Origin: Candidatus Latescibacterota bacterium
Lineage (GTDB): Bacteria; Latescibacterota; UBA2968; UBA8231
Assembly (NCBI GenBank): GCA_965203175.1
Contig: OZ241867.1
Location: forward strand, 768,001-832,000
Direction: 5' to 3'
DNA: 64,000 nucleotides
The position numbers were made by a program, and so were the translations under genes. The notes beneath the pieces are model-generated. The model did no database searches, was not told where the DNA came from, and was given only the letters and a program-made list of their open reading frames with translations. Shown here one piece after another: positions 1 through 10,375 of this stretch; positions within the stretch are counted from its first letter, which is position 1; the number at the start of each line of letters is the position of its first letter.

Positions 1-2
1 TT

Positions 3-1124
3 CTGCTCCTCGACGAGCCGACCAACCACCTCGACGCCGAGACGGTGGCGTGGCTGGAGGGGCATTTGCATCAGTACCAGGGGACGGTGATCGCCGTCAC
101 CCACGACCGGTATTTTCTCGACAATGTGGCGGGCTGGATTCTGGAGCTGGATCAGGGACATGGCGTACCGTGGAAGGGGAATTACTCGTCGTGGCTAGAG
201 CAGAAAAAGGAGCGCCTGCGGCTAGAAGAAAAAAGCGAGAGCGAAAGACAGCGGACGCTGGAGCGCGAACTGGAATGGATTCGCATGACGCCAAGGGCCA
301 AGCAACAGAAGAACAAGGCCCGGATCAGGGCCTACGAGGAACTGCTAAATCAGGATCGAGTGCAGCGGAACGAGGAGGTGCAGCTCTACATTCCGCCGGG
401 GCCGCGGCTGGGCGATATCGCCATTGAGGCCAAAGGCGTGAGCAAGCGCTACGGCGACCGCATTATCTTCGAGAACATGGATTTCGCGCTGCCCTCGGGC
501 GGGATCGTCGGAGTCATCGGACCCAACGGCGCGGGCAAGACGACCCTGTTCCGGCTGATTACCGGCCAAGAGACCACCGACAGCGGCCAGCTCCACATCG
601 GCGAGACCGTGCAACTGGGATATGTAGATCAGAGCCGGGAAACCCTGGTAGGGGAAAACACGGTCTGGCAGGAAGTCTCGGGCGGCGAGGAAGAGCTTGA
701 GCTGGGCGAGCGCAAGGTAAATTCGCGGGCGTACCTCGCGCGCTTCAACTTCCTCGGTGCCGACCAACAGCAAAAGGTGGGTACGCTCTCTGGCGGACAG
801 CGCAATCGGGTGCATCTGGCCAAGGTGCTCAAAGAGCAGGCCAATGTATTCCTACTCGACGAGCCGACCAACGACCTAGACGTGCATACGCTGCGCGCAT
901 TAGAGGAGGGGTTGGAAAACTTCGCTGGCTGCGTGGTAGTCATCAGCCACGACCGGTGGTTTTTAGACCGCATCGCCACGCACATTCTAGCGTTTGAGGG
1001 CGACAGCCAAGTCTATTGGTTCGAGGGCAACTTTTCGGAGTACGAGGAAAACAAGAAGGCGCGGCTAGGCGAGGATTCCGTCGTGCCTCAGCGAGTCCGC
1101 TACCGCCAACTGACGCGGGACTAA
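3..1124 (+). CDS. ettA: Energy-dependent translational throttle protein EttA (ABC-F family), 5'-truncated by window edge
   Basis: [11 protein letters not shown] in frame from nt 3, [17 protein letters not shown], second ABC domain GPNGAGKT / LSGGQRNR / [10 protein letters not shown]-terminal RYRQLTR. Confidence 0.95.
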   Translation: MLLDEPTNHLDAETVAWLEGHLHQYQGTVIAVTHDRYFLDNVAGWILELDQGHGVPWKGNYSSWLEQKKERLRLEEKSESERQRTLERELEWIRMTPRAKQQKNKARIRAYEELLNQDRVQRNEEVQLYIPPGPRLGDIAIEAKGVSKRYGDRIIFENMDFALPSGGIVGVIGPNGAGKTTLFRLITGQETTDSGQLHIGETVQLGYVDQSRETLVGENTVWQEVSGGEEELELGERKVNSRAYLARFNFLGADQQQKVGTLSGGQRNRVHLAKVLKEQANVFLLDEPTNDLDVHTLRALEEGLENFAGCVVVISHDRWFLDRIATHILAFEGDSQVYWFEGNFSEYEENKKARLGEDSVVPQRVRYRQLTRD

Positions 1125-1143
1125 TTCTGTAGTTCACCACCGC

Positions 1144-2466
1144 TTACATACTATGCAGCGCGCTCTCGACCCTATTGAGCGCTTCGTCGATATCGTCCAA
1201 GGTGTGCTGGGCTGACACGCCGTGGTGGCCGGCGACGAGCGTGCCGTAGTCGTGGAAATAGACCCCTTTGTTGGCGCAGACGCGGATGAATTGCCCGGCC
1301 ATCTCCTGATCGCGGTTGAGGCTATCGTCAAACCGCTCGACCGGATCGGTGAAGCCGAAGAAGATGCCGAAACGCGCACCCAGCCCCTGCACCCGGGCGG
1401 GCACGCCAGCGCGCTCAAACAGTCCGGCCAAACCGTCGCAGAACCGACCTCCAGCTTCATAGATGTGATCGTAAAACCCCGGACTAGTCAGCTCGTTGAC
1501 GGTAGCCAGCGCTGTCATGACGGCCGGCGGGCTGCCGGTGAAGGTCCCACTCTGGGCCACCTCGCCAAGCGGTCCCACCTGGTCCATGATTTCGGCTTTG
1601 CCAGCGATGACGGTGAGCGGAGCGCCAGCGGCGACCGCCTTGCCCAAAACGCAAACATCCGGAGTGACGCCGTAGTACCCCTGCGCGCAGTCGGGCCCAG
1701 TGCGGAAGGCCGAGAGCACCTCGTCGTATATGAGGACGATATCGTGGGCACTGGCTTGGTCGCGGACGAACTGCATGTACTCGGTGTCGGCGACGATGCA
1801 ACCTTGGTTGTAATTGATCGGCTCCATGATGATGCCGCCGATCTCGTCGCCGTGCTCGCGCAGCGCTCTTTCCAAGGCGGCCTCGTCCTTCCACGGCACG
1901 ACGATGATGAGGTCGTCCATCTGCGGAGGCATGCCCGCAGACTCACCACAAGGTTCGACGTAGCTGCCCGGAGTCACCGGCGTCAACGGCGTGTGCGCAT
2001 TGAACATGACGTAGTCGTAAAGACCGTGAAAGTGCCCCCAGAATTTGAGAATCTTGTGCTTGCCGGTATGGGCGCGAGCCAAGCGAACACAGACCATCGT
2101 CGCCTCTGAGCCGGTATTGCCGTAGCGAACGCGCTCGGCGCAGGGGACGATCTCGGTGATCCGCCGCGCCAAGTCAGTATGTGCTTCGGTTTCGTAGCCG
2201 GAGAGAATGCCCGCGTCCACTGCCGCGGTCATGGCCTCGCGCGTTGCCGGGTGGTTGTAGCCCAAAAACGCGGCTCCGTGGGCCAAGTTGAAATCGATGT
2301 ACTCCTTGCCATCGACATCGTAGATGCGGCAGCCCTCGGCATTGCGCAGGTAGAGGGCGTACCCCAGGCATGGGTTGTGCCGTGCCGAAGCGCCGACGCC
2401 TCCCGGCAAGTAGCGCTTGGCTTCGGCTCTGAGATCACTCTGTGACATCGTCTGTATCGTGGACAT
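1144..2466 (-). CDS. Class-III PLP aminotransferase (glutamate-1-semialdehyde aminomutase-like)
   Basis: YDVDGKEYIDF, GNTGSEAT, FHG, IYDEV, PLP lysine in LGKAVAAG; start MSTIQ after AAGGA RBS. Confidence 0.85.
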   Translation of the reverse strand: MSTIQTMSQSDLRAEAKRYLPGGVGASARHNPCLGYALYLRNAEGCRIYDVDGKEYIDFNLAHGAAFLGYNHPATREAMTAAVDAGILSGYETEAHTDLARRITEIVPCAERVRYGNTGSEATMVCVRLARAHTGKHKILKFWGHFHGLYDYVMFNAHTPLTPVTPGSYVEPCGESAGMPPQMDDLIIVVPWKDEAALERALREHGDEIGGIIMEPINYNQGCIVADTEYMQFVRDQASAHDIVLIYDEVLSAFRTGPDCAQGYYGVTPDVCVLGKAVAAGAPLTVIAGKAEIMDQVGPLGEVAQSGTFTGSPPAVMTALATVNELTSPGFYDHIYEAGGRFCDGLAGLFERAGVPARVQGLGARFGIFFGFTDPVERFDDSLNRDQEMAGQFIRVCANKGVYFHDYGTLVAGHHGVSAQHTLDDIDEALNRVESALHSM

Positions 2467-2603
2467 CGCTGTTCGTTCCTTTGTGAAGATAGACTGGTCC
2501 TTTCGCTGTTCCATTATTGTCCTTTTTAATCGCACAAGTCAAGACGCCTTGCCCGAATGACCTTGTGAAGTACCATCCAAAAAGGCAAGTATGCTAATCT
2601 TTT

Positions 2604-2665
2604 TGTCAAATATACTTGACATTACAATTTTTTAGATTATGTTCTTTAGTAAAGCAAGCTTTACT
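2604..2665 (+). promoter_or_regulatory. Sigma70-like promoter with two palindromic operator sites (probable autoregulation by the XRE protein)
   Basis: TTGACA (2616-2621) N16 TATGTT (2638-2643); related inverted repeats TGTCAA-N6-TTGACA (2604-2621) and AGTAAAG-N4-CTTTACT (2648-2665). Confidence 0.6.
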
Positions 2666-2687
2666 TTATGCAAAGGACAGCAGACTT

Positions 2688-3107
2688 ATGGAGAAGCCAA
2701 TGGTCAATTTGAGTTGTCTTACTAGCGGCAGTGCAAAAAACACAATTCGTTTTCTTTGTTGGACCCTTGCTTGGTCAATGACGATGGTGTTGGCCGACAA
2801 AGCGATATTATACGAATGGCATTCCTCTGCTTTGATCTCCGCTATCGCAATTGTCCTCAACGCGGGCATCGGCATCGGCATGATCCTGTCGTATTTGCGC
2901 CATCTGAAATACATGGATGAGCTACAGCGCAAAATCCAACTCGATGCACTGGCTATAGCTATGGGCGTCGCGCTCGTCGGCAGTTTTAGTTATTCGCTGA
3001 TGGTAACTGCAAAATTCATAACGGATGCAGAAGTCTCAGATATCATTTTGCTGATGACGTTTACATTCGTGGTCTCCGTTATCGTTGGCCATATCCGCTA
3101 CCGATGA
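2688..3107 (+). CDS. Small integral membrane protein (4 TM, DELQRKI motif), translationally coupled to XRE regulator
   Basis: Hydrophobic helices around MDELQRKIQLDALA; ATGA overlap with downstream HTH gene. Confidence 0.75.
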   Translation: MEKPMVNLSCLTSGSAKNTIRFLCWTLAWSMTMVLADKAILYEWHSSALISAIAIVLNAGIGIGMILSYLRHLKYMDELQRKIQLDALAIAMGVALVGSFSYSLMVTAKFITDAEVSDIILLMTFTFVVSVIVGHIRYR

Positions 3108-3307
3108 AAAACCGCCTAAAGGTGTTGCGCGCCGAGCGCGACTGGACCCAGGCCGATCTCGCGGAGCGTCTGGAGGTCTCGCGGCAAACGGTGAACGCCC
3201 TAGAAAAGGGCAAATACGACCCCAGTCTGCCGCTGGCATTTAAGATCGCCCACGTGTTTTCCGCGCCGATCGAAGCAATCTTTATACACGAGACGGAAGT
3301 CAGTTGA
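3104..3307 (+). CDS. XRE/Cro-family helix-turn-helix transcriptional regulator
   Basis: MKNRLKVLRAERDWTQADLAERLEVSRQTVNALEKGKYDPSLPLAFKIA is a canonical HTH_3. Confidence 0.93.
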   Translation: MKNRLKVLRAERDWTQADLAERLEVSRQTVNALEKGKYDPSLPLAFKIAHVFSAPIEAIFIHETEVS

Positions 3308-3437
3308 CGCGGGATTAAATTGCACCGCAAAACCTTGCTCCTGTTCTCATTCTAATGTACCGTACACATTAGGACCATATGGCAGAATGTATCTGACTAC
3401 GACTTTTCCTGATGGAGCGGCGTAGCCTCCCTTCACC

Positions 3438-3644
3438 GTGCATACAGAACGCGAAAATACCTTGGACGACACCGAGCGGCTGCAACTCGCCCGCCAAGCC
3501 TTTGCCGACAACTACGCCCGCTGTTTCTGGTATATGCGCCGCGACTTGGAAATAGGCGTCGAAGATATACCCGAGATCGCCCGCGGCTTGCGCCTGCACG
3601 GAGGTCGGCAGGGATTTATTCTGGCCGCCCGCCTATGCCCCTAA
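3438..3644 (+). CDS. Small protein, putative antitoxin partner of downstream nucleotidyltransferase
   Basis: 68-aa ORF overlapping the toxin start; RCFWY motif. Confidence 0.6.
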   Translation: MHTERENTLDDTERLQLARQAFADNYARCFWYMRRDLEIGVEDIPEIARGLRLHGGRQGFILAARLCP

Positions 3645-4426
3645 GCGCGTTTCAGCAATCCATCCTGCGCTTGTTAGCGCAAAACCGCAGCCCAGAAAGC
3701 TATGTAGCTGGTGCTACGGTCCTGCACCAAATTCCCGACAGTCCGCGTTTTTCCGATGACCTAGATATGTTCCACGACGCGGAAGACAGCGTCGCGCGGA
3801 GTGCCGCGTTCGACGTTGCCGTCCTAGACGCGAATGGCTTTGCGATCGAATGGATTTTGCGGCAGCCAGCCTATCTCAGGGCCATCGCGGCGAAGGAAGG
3901 GCAGTCCCTTAGATTGGAGTGGGCTCAGGATTCCGCTTTCCGCTTCTTTCCCGTTGAACAAGACGAACTATGCGGCTACCGCCTGCACCGGGCCGACGCG
4001 GCCACCAACAAGGTGTTGGCTTTGGCCGGACGCCGGGAGGCGCGCGATTTCATCGACGTTCTGCACTTGGACAGCAGCTATCTCTCGTTAGGAGCGCTGT
4101 GTTGGGCAGCCTGTGGGAAAGATCAGGGCTATACGCCGGATTTCTTGCTCAACCAATTGAATCGCAACGCGGCTTTTACCCAAGAGGAAATCCAGCGACT
4201 AGACTTGGCGATCCCCCAGAAGCTACCGGATCTGAAGCGTCAGTGGTGCGCGGCAATGGAGCGGGCCGGTAGATTGCTGACCGCACTGCCTGCGAACGAA
4301 GTGGGTTGCCTCTATCTGGACAGACAACAGTCCGCTCCTGTGCAACCCGACCCAACACACGAGGCATTTGCCTCATTGCAACGACATTTTGGGTCCGTGC
4401 GCGGAGCCTGGCCTACGATCTGTTGA
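3635..4426 (+). CDS. AbiEii/AbiGii (DUF1814)-like nucleotidyltransferase toxin
   Basis: YVAGATVL...RFSDDLDMF and KVLALAGRREARDFIDV motifs. Confidence 0.78.
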   Translation: MPLSAFQQSILRLLAQNRSPESYVAGATVLHQIPDSPRFSDDLDMFHDAEDSVARSAAFDVAVLDANGFAIEWILRQPAYLRAIAAKEGQSLRLEWAQDSAFRFFPVEQDELCGYRLHRADAATNKVLALAGRREARDFIDVLHLDSSYLSLGALCWAACGKDQGYTPDFLLNQLNRNAAFTQEEIQRLDLAIPQKLPDLKRQWCAAMERAGRLLTALPANEVGCLYLDRQQSAPVQPDPTHEAFASLQRHFGSVRGAWPTIC

Positions 4427-4558
4427 ACGGAGCTTCTTTGTCAAAACAGACGATCTCTGAAACTGGACAGAAATAGGTAGTGGGGTATTATGAAAAAAGG
4501 CGGACATAAACACACTTGTTTTATGGGCCTAATCTTGATCGTCTAGGACGATCGGGCT

Positions 4559-5095
4559 TTATGGGCCGAGGCCGCCTCTTCTCCCGAGTACTAAGCTCAA
4601 CCCGATCTCGTTGTAGTTGCCATCAACCCATCGGCTGTAATCAATCTTGACCTGCCAGACAAAGGGTCGCTCTTTCATCGTCTGGTAGCCCAATCCAATT
4701 CCCACAGTGGCATCTTTATCCCCACTGGGAAAGTATCCACCTATTTCCCCCTCTATATAATACCCATCTTGGTTATGCCCTCGCGGGTAATAGGACACGA
4801 TCCCTCCTAGCTTCCGATACCAGGGGTTGGGATAGTCGTCATTACTCCAGGTATAACCCAAGTAGGCATAGGGGCCAAAAGCGGCGTATTGGCTAGGGAA
4901 CCACTTGAGGTAGAGCGCGCGTGTCGAAGGTATGCTTATGGTGATAAATCGGCTATCCTTATCTGCAAGAGACGATACAACACCAAACTGCGCCCCCAGT
5001 TCAAAAGAAAAAGCCGCAAGGGGCCAGCCAAAAACAAGAAGGCTTCCAACACAAAGCTTAGTACACCAGTTCTCTCCAGTAATCCGACGGATCAT
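4559..5095 (-). CDS. Hypothetical exported protein, probable small outer-membrane beta-barrel
   Basis: Signal-peptide-like N-terminus (…PLAAFS), alternating aromatic beta-strands; lower GC than flanks. Confidence 0.55.
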   Translation of the reverse strand: MIRRITGENWCTKLCVGSLLVFGWPLAAFSFELGAQFGVVSSLADKDSRFITISIPSTRALYLKWFPSQYAAFGPYAYLGYTWSNDDYPNPWYRKLGGIVSYYPRGHNQDGYYIEGEIGGYFPSGDKDATVGIGLGYQTMKERPFVWQVKIDYSRWVDGNYNEIGLSLVLGRRGGLGP

Positions 5096-5420
5096 CTATC
5101 CATCTCCAGTAATGGATTTGGGTGACCGTAATATCACGACCGTCAAAAGGCTCTGCAAATCGGTTGCACTCTTGGTCTGCTTAGCTTTTGCTTCTTCCGC
5201 ACCGGGCGTGATAGTGCTTGATTTTGTTTCAAACCCACTGGTAGGTGTTGCAGCAGGTGTCGTAGCCGGACATGTGGGGTCTGAGTATGTAGGACTTAGA
5301 CCAATAATGCCGGTAGTAGGTTCCTTTGAAATCTAGTCGTTGCTGAGTGACTCACTACCATAGAATAACCCCCGATGCAGGTCGAGCACCGGGGGCTATT
5401 CCTGTTAGGTACGATGGCAC

Positions 5421-6236
5421 TCAGGCGATGGCCGCAAGCGCCTTGCGGGCGAAAACCTTGGCCAAGTGACGGCGGTACTCTTCGCCAGCAAAGTGGTCGG
5501 CGAGTACCTCCTGTCCGTCGGCCGCCTGTGCAGCGGCAGCAGCGATCGATTCCTCGCTCAAGCCGCCGCTGAGGGCCTCTTCAACCCCACTATCGCGGAA
5601 GGCCGCATTGGCCACGCCCGTAAAGGCCACCTTCACCGCGCCTCCGGCCGAGGCGACAGCGCAGCCCACCACGGCAAAGCGCGAGGCTGGATGCGGAAAC
5701 TTGACATACGCCGACTTGTCCGCAGCCGAAACTCGCACCTCAGTGATGATCTCATCCGGCGCGAGCGCGGTCAAAAACAGATCGATGAAAAACTCGTCGG
5801 CCGGAATCGAACGCCCGCCGTCGGGTCCCCTGACGACAATCTCAGCCCCCAACGCCAAAATCGCAGCCGGGTAGTCAGCCGCCGGATCGGCGTGGGCCAA
5901 GGACCCGCCAATAGTGCCCTTGTTGCGCACTTGCGGATCGCCGATGACCGAAGCAGCTTGGGCCAAGGCCGAGGCATTGGCACTCACCAAGTCCGAGGAC
6001 GCAATCTGCTGGTGGGTAGTAGTCGCACCAATAGCAATGGTGCCGCCGTCCTCTCTGATGTAGTTGAGCTCGGCGATCCGGCCAATGTCGATCAGCGCGC
6101 CCGGTGACGACAGGCGCAGCTTCATGGCCGGCAACAGGCTGTGGCCGCCAGCTAAGAGCTTGGCGTCGTCCGAGAGGAGCTCAATCGCCTCATCTACTGA
6201 AGAGGGACGATGATAGTCAAACGCGACAGGTATCAT
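5421..6236 (-). CDS. coxM: Xanthine dehydrogenase/CODH family FAD-binding (medium) subunit
   Basis: LAGGHSLLP, QVRNKGTIGGSLAHADPAAD motifs. Confidence 0.92.
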   Translation of the reverse strand: MIPVAFDYHRPSSVDEAIELLSDDAKLLAGGHSLLPAMKLRLSSPGALIDIGRIAELNYIREDGGTIAIGATTTHQQIASSDLVSANASALAQAASVIGDPQVRNKGTIGGSLAHADPAADYPAAILALGAEIVVRGPDGGRSIPADEFFIDLFLTALAPDEIITEVRVSAADKSAYVKFPHPASRFAVVGCAVASAGGAVKVAFTGVANAAFRDSGVEEALSGGLSEESIAAAAAQAADGQEVLADHFAGEEYRRHLAKVFARKALAAIA

Positions 6237-6249
6237 GGTCGTCTTCTCC

Positions 6250-8622
6250 TTAGCTGGCTTGTTGGATGGCCTGCCACACCTTCTGCGGCGTCAGCGGCAT
6301 AGCCAAGTCGCGCACGCCCAAAGGCCACAGGGCATCAATTACGGCGTTGACAATGGCCGGCGGCGAGCCAATCGTGCCGGTCTCGCCAGCACCCTTGACG
6401 CCGAGAGGATTGTGCGGGCAGGGCGTGACAGTGTGGTCGGTTTCAAAGGAAGGCAAGTCGTCGGCGCGCGGCAGGACGTAGTCCATGTACGAGCCAGAAA
6501 TGAGCTGGCCACTGTCGTCGTACACAGCCTCCTCAAACAGGGCTTGGCCAATGCCGTGCGTAATGCCGCCGTGGACTTGGCCTTCGACGATCATGGGATT
6601 GACGATATTGCCCACGTCGTCAACAGCGACGTAGCGCCGCACCGCAACCACGCCGGTCTCGGCATCCACCTCCACGACCGCGATGTGAGCACCGAAGGGA
6701 AAGGTAAAATTGGCCGGGTCGTAGAAGCTGGTAAACTCCAACCCCGGCTCCAGCCCCTCGGGAAAATTGTGCGGCACGTACGCGGCCAGTGAGACCTCGC
6801 CAAAGGAGATTGACTGGTCGGTGCCCTTGACCGTCCAACTGCCCTCGGCGAATTCGAGGTCTTCCTCGGCGGCTTCGAGCAAGTGGGCCGCGATCTTGGC
6901 CCCCTTCTCCTTGATCTTGTCCATGCTCTTGACGATGGCTGTGCCGCCGACAGCCAGCGAGCGCGAGCCGTACGTGCCCATGCCAAAGGGCACGGACTCG
7001 GTGTCGCCGTGAATGATATCCACGTCTTCGATCCCCACGCCCAACCCATCGGCCACCACCTGGGCGAAGGTCGTCTCGTGCCCCTGCCCGTGCGAGTGGC
7101 TGCCGGTGAAGACCGTGACTTTGCCGGTCGGCTGGACGCGGACGCCCGCGCTCTCAAACAGGCCAGCGCGCGCACCTAATGCGCCAACCACGGCCGAGGG
7201 CGCGATACCGCAGGCCTCGATATAGGTCGAAAAGCCAATGCCGATATGGCGACCGTTGCCAGCGGCGCGCACCTGTGCCTGCTCTGCGCGCAGTTCGTCG
7301 TAGCCGATGGCCGCGAGGGCCTTTTCGAGCGCGGCCCCGTAGTTGCCGCTGTCGTATTGCAGGGCCACTTGGGTCTGATAGCCCTCCTGCTCGACGCCGT
7401 CAAAGGCTGGGATAAAGTTTTGGCTCCGCAGTTGGGCCGGGTCGCGGCCCGTCTCCAAGGCAGCCTGCTCAATAGTGCGCTCGAGGACGTACGTGGCCTC
7501 GGGGCGGCCCGCGCCACGCAGAGCATCAACTGGCGTAGTGTTGGTGAAGACGCCGGTGACATCGACGTGGACCGCCGGGGTCGTGTACAACCCCTGCAAA
7601 AGCGTGCCGTAGAGATACGTGGGCACGCACGGCGCAAAGGTCGATAGGTACGCGCCGAGGTTGGCGACGGTCTTGACCCGCAGGCCGACGAAATTCCCAT
7701 CGGCGTCGAGGCCGAGATCTACCTTGGTGTGATGGTCGCGGCCGTGGGCGTCGGTGAGGAATGCCTCGCTGCGGCTGGCAGTCCACTTGACCGGACGGCC
7801 AATCTGGCGCGAGCACCACGTGACGAGGACTTCTTCGGCGTAGTGAAAAATTTTCGAGCCAAAGCCACCGCCCACATCCGGCGACACCACGCGCACCTTG
7901 TGCTCGGGCAGACCCAAGACAAACGCCGTCATCAGCAGGCGAATGACGTGGGGGTTCTGCGACGAGGTGTAGAGCGTGTAGTGGTCGCGCGCGCCGTCGT
8001 AATCGCCGATGGCGCAGCGCGGCTCAATCGCGTTGGGGATGAGCCGTTGGTTGTCGAACTCCAACGTGGTGATGTGCGCGGCGCTGGCCAAGGCGGCGTC
8101 CGTGGCCGCTTGATCGCCGAGCTCCCAGTCGAAGGGCGTGTTGTTGGGCACATCGTCGAACAACTGCGGCGCGCCCTCGGCCGTCGCTTGGGTTGCCGCG
8201 ACGACCGCGTCCAAAACCTCGTACTCCACGGCCACCAACTCAGCGGCGTCCGCAGCTTGTTCGCGGCTCTCGGCCAAGACGATGGCAACCGGGTCGCCGA
8301 CGTGGCGCACCTTGGTCGCAGCCAACACCGGATGGGCCGGCTCCTTCATGGTGTCGCCACTTTTGAAATCCACCTGCCAGCCGCAGGGCAGGCCGCCGAC
8401 GCCAGCAGCTTCGAGGTCGGCACCCGTAAAGACGGCGACCACGCCATCGGCTGCGGCTGCGGCCGTCGTATCGACGTTATTGATCGCGGCGTGGGCATGC
8501 GGGCTGCGCACGAGCGCCGCAAAGGTCGAGTTGGGCAGGGCAATGTCATCGGTGTAGCGACCCTTGCCGGTGATAAAGCGCTGGTCTTCGACGCGCTTGA
8601 CGGATTGTCCTATGACTCCCAT
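6250..8622 (-). CDS. coxL: Xanthine dehydrogenase family molybdopterin-binding large subunit (form-II CoxL-like)
   Basis: [39 protein letters not shown] motifs; lacks form-I AYxCSFR. Confidence 0.9.
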   Translation of the reverse strand: MGVIGQSVKRVEDQRFITGKGRYTDDIALPNSTFAALVRSPHAHAAINNVDTTAAAAADGVVAVFTGADLEAAGVGGLPCGWQVDFKSGDTMKEPAHPVLAATKVRHVGDPVAIVLAESREQAADAAELVAVEYEVLDAVVAATQATAEGAPQLFDDVPNNTPFDWELGDQAATDAALASAAHITTLEFDNQRLIPNAIEPRCAIGDYDGARDHYTLYTSSQNPHVIRLLMTAFVLGLPEHKVRVVSPDVGGGFGSKIFHYAEEVLVTWCSRQIGRPVKWTASRSEAFLTDAHGRDHHTKVDLGLDADGNFVGLRVKTVANLGAYLSTFAPCVPTYLYGTLLQGLYTTPAVHVDVTGVFTNTTPVDALRGAGRPEATYVLERTIEQAALETGRDPAQLRSQNFIPAFDGVEQEGYQTQVALQYDSGNYGAALEKALAAIGYDELRAEQAQVRAAGNGRHIGIGFSTYIEACGIAPSAVVGALGARAGLFESAGVRVQPTGKVTVFTGSHSHGQGHETTFAQVVADGLGVGIEDVDIIHGDTESVPFGMGTYGSRSLAVGGTAIVKSMDKIKEKGAKIAAHLLEAAEEDLEFAEGSWTVKGTDQSISFGEVSLAAYVPHNFPEGLEPGLEFTSFYDPANFTFPFGAHIAVVEVDAETGVVAVRRYVAVDDVGNIVNPMIVEGQVHGGITHGIGQALFEEAVYDDSGQLISGSYMDYVLPRADDLPSFETDHTVTPCPHNPLGVKGAGETGTIGSPPAIVNAVIDALWPLGVRDLAMPLTPQKVWQAIQQAS

Positions 8623-8631
8623 AGCGGCCTC

Positions 8632-9096
8632 CTATGCGCTTTCGGCGGCGTGTTGGACCGCCTTGATGATGTTGTCGTAGCCCGTGCAGCGGCAAAAGTT
8701 GCCTTCGAGCGCGTGGCGAACCTCCGCGTCGCTGGGCGTTGCATTGCGCTCTAGCAACTGCCAAGCGGCCATGATCATGCCGGGCGTGCAAAAGCCGCAC
8801 TGCAAGCCGTGGGTCTCGCGGAAGGCTTCCTGTAGCGGGTGCAGCGTGCCGTTGGCCGCAAGCCCTTCGATGGTCGTTATCTCCGCGCCGTCGGCTTGCA
8901 CCGCAAGCATGGTGCAGACCTTGACGGCTTGGCCATCGACGATAGCGGTACAGGCACCGCAGTTGCTGGTGTCGCAGCCAACGTGCGTGCCCGTCAGGCC
9001 CAACTCATCGCGCAAATAGTTGACGAGCATCTGGCGCGGCTCCACCTCGTGCTCGTGGGTCTGACCGTTGACAGTGACCTTGATTGCTACTGACAT
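8632..9096 (-). CDS. coxS: (2Fe-2S)-binding small subunit of molybdenum hydroxylase
   Basis: [25 protein letters not shown]; AAGGAGG RBS. Confidence 0.93.
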   Translation of the reverse strand: MSVAIKVTVNGQTHEHEVEPRQMLVNYLRDELGLTGTHVGCDTSNCGACTAIVDGQAVKVCTMLAVQADGAEITTIEGLAANGTLHPLQEAFRETHGLQCGFCTPGMIMAAWQLLERNATPSDAEVRHALEGNFCRCTGYDNIIKAVQHAAESA

Positions 9097-9113
9097 AGCC
9101 ACCTCCTTGAATG

Positions 9114-9180
9114 GAATTGCGAATTGCGAATTGCGAATTGCGGCCGGGGCCGGGAATTCGCAATTCCTAATTCCTAATTG
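9114..9180. repeat. Heptamer tandem repeat (GAATTGC x4) with inverted degenerate heptamers, forming a hairpin
   Basis: GAATTGC at 9114, 9121, 9128, 9135; AATTCGC AATTCCT AATTCCT AATTG at 9155-9180. Confidence 0.85.
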
Positions 9181-9613
9181 ACACTTCGCGCTCCAGCGCC
9201 TTAAAAAACTGATTGGTAAACATCCGCGCCACGCCCGAGAGCAGGCGCTGCCCCATGCTCGCCAACCGGCCCGTCAACTGCGAGCCGCCCTCGACTTCCA
9301 CCGTGGTCGTCTCGTGGTCTTGGTCAGTGAGCTGGACGTGGCCCTCGGCCGCGATCTGGCCGATTTTGCCATCGACGTCGATGAGCAGGCGATAGCTTTC
9401 CGGCTCCTTGCTATCGACGACTTGCAGCGCACCGTTGAAGGTACTGTTGATCGGTCCCATTTTGATGTGCAGCACAGCTTGGTACTGGCCGGGGCCAGTT
9501 TGCTCCAAGGTATCGACACCTGGCGTGATGCGCGCCAACACCTCGGGATCGTTGAGCAAGTCCCACATGACTTGCCTTGGGGCGCGAAAAGTATGAGAAC
9601 CTGCAAGCTGCAT
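9167..9613 (-). CDS. coxG: CoxG / SRPBCC-domain accessory protein
   Basis: [32 protein letters not shown] motifs; adjacent to coxS. Confidence 0.85.
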   Translation of the reverse strand: MQLAGSHTFRAPRQVMWDLLNDPEVLARITPGVDTLEQTGPGQYQAVLHIKMGPINSTFNGALQVVDSKEPESYRLLIDVDGKIGQIAAEGHVQLTDQDHETTTVEVEGGSQLTGRLASMGQRLLSGVARMFTNQFFKALEREVSIRN

Positions 9614-9770
9614 GGGCCGATACTATTGTTAAGGGCCAGAAGCAAGTGACGCGGTGGTGGATAGTACAAAATTTTGCCTGTCTTTGTCAATCAAGTGATT
9701 GCTCTGCCAGCTAAAGCAGGCGGTCTTACGGCGAGTTGGATAAGCTAACGCAGCGGAGCGACGGATTGAG

Positions 9771-10370
9771 ATGACCAGATTCGCAAATCTTAGCGGAATC
9801 GTGCTAGCGGCGGGGCGTTCCTCCAGGATGGAGGGTACCAATAAGTTGCTGCTGCCTTGGAAGGAGCAATGCGTCCTTCAAGTCGTGGTGGAGCAGGTCT
9901 GCGAGGTGGGTTTGGGGGAAGTGGTCGTGGTGACAGGGCATCAGCGGACAGAGGTAGAGGAAGCACTGAGCCGCTATCCCGTGCGGCTGGTACACAACCC
10001 AGATTTTGCCGAGGGAATGGCCGCCTCTATCAGAGTGGGCGTGGAAGAGGCAGTCGGCGAGCAAGGGTATCTCTTTGCCCTAGGAGATATGCCGCAGATA
10101 GCTGGTACGACGATGCTAAAGGTCGCCGAGGCGTTGAAAAGCAGCGAGACTATCGCCGTGCCAGTGAGCAACGGGCGACGCGGCCATCCAGTAGCTATCG
10201 GCAGCGCCTATCGAGATGCCTTGCTCGCGTTGATTGGCGATCGGGGAGCGCGGCCAGTCTTGAAAAAAAACGCAGCCAGCGTCGTCGAAGTACCCGTTGA
10301 GGACGAGGGCATCTTCGTGGATGTGGATACGCGGGAAAGCTATCGAGCGGCGCGGACCGCATTGCAATAG
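9771..10370 (+). CDS. mocA: Molybdenum cofactor cytidylyltransferase (MocA-like nucleotidyltransferase)
   Basis: IVLAAGRSSRM..NKLLL, LGDMP, GHPV, GDRGAR, DVDT motifs. Confidence 0.85.
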   Translation: MTRFANLSGIVLAAGRSSRMEGTNKLLLPWKEQCVLQVVVEQVCEVGLGEVVVVTGHQRTEVEEALSRYPVRLVHNPDFAEGMAASIRVGVEEAVGEQGYLFALGDMPQIAGTTMLKVAEALKSSETIAVPVSNGRRGHPVAIGSAYRDALLALIGDRGARPVLKKNAASVVEVPVEDEGIFVDVDTRESYRAARTALQ

Positions 10371-10375
10371 AACAA

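Noticed and set aside
1416-1445. Additional CAGTCCGGC matches (also ~18145) as copies of the in-frame hairpin element
   Set aside because: No downstream complementary arm; they lie in ordinary conserved coding sequence.
1144-2466. hemL gene symbol
   Set aside because: The family is clear, but HemL-specific motifs (PGGVNSPVR, YHGH.D) are altered and no heme genes are adjacent.
6250-8622. True aerobic CO dehydrogenase (form I)
   Set aside because: Lacks the Cu-binding AYxCSFR motif and has S-L-M rather than M-S-L gene order.
7729-8754. Long antisense ORFs (also 1222-2109, 12486-13445, 54333-55262, 58200-59192)
   Set aside because: Shadow ORFs opposite well-supported genes, expected in GC-rich DNA; no motifs or RBS.
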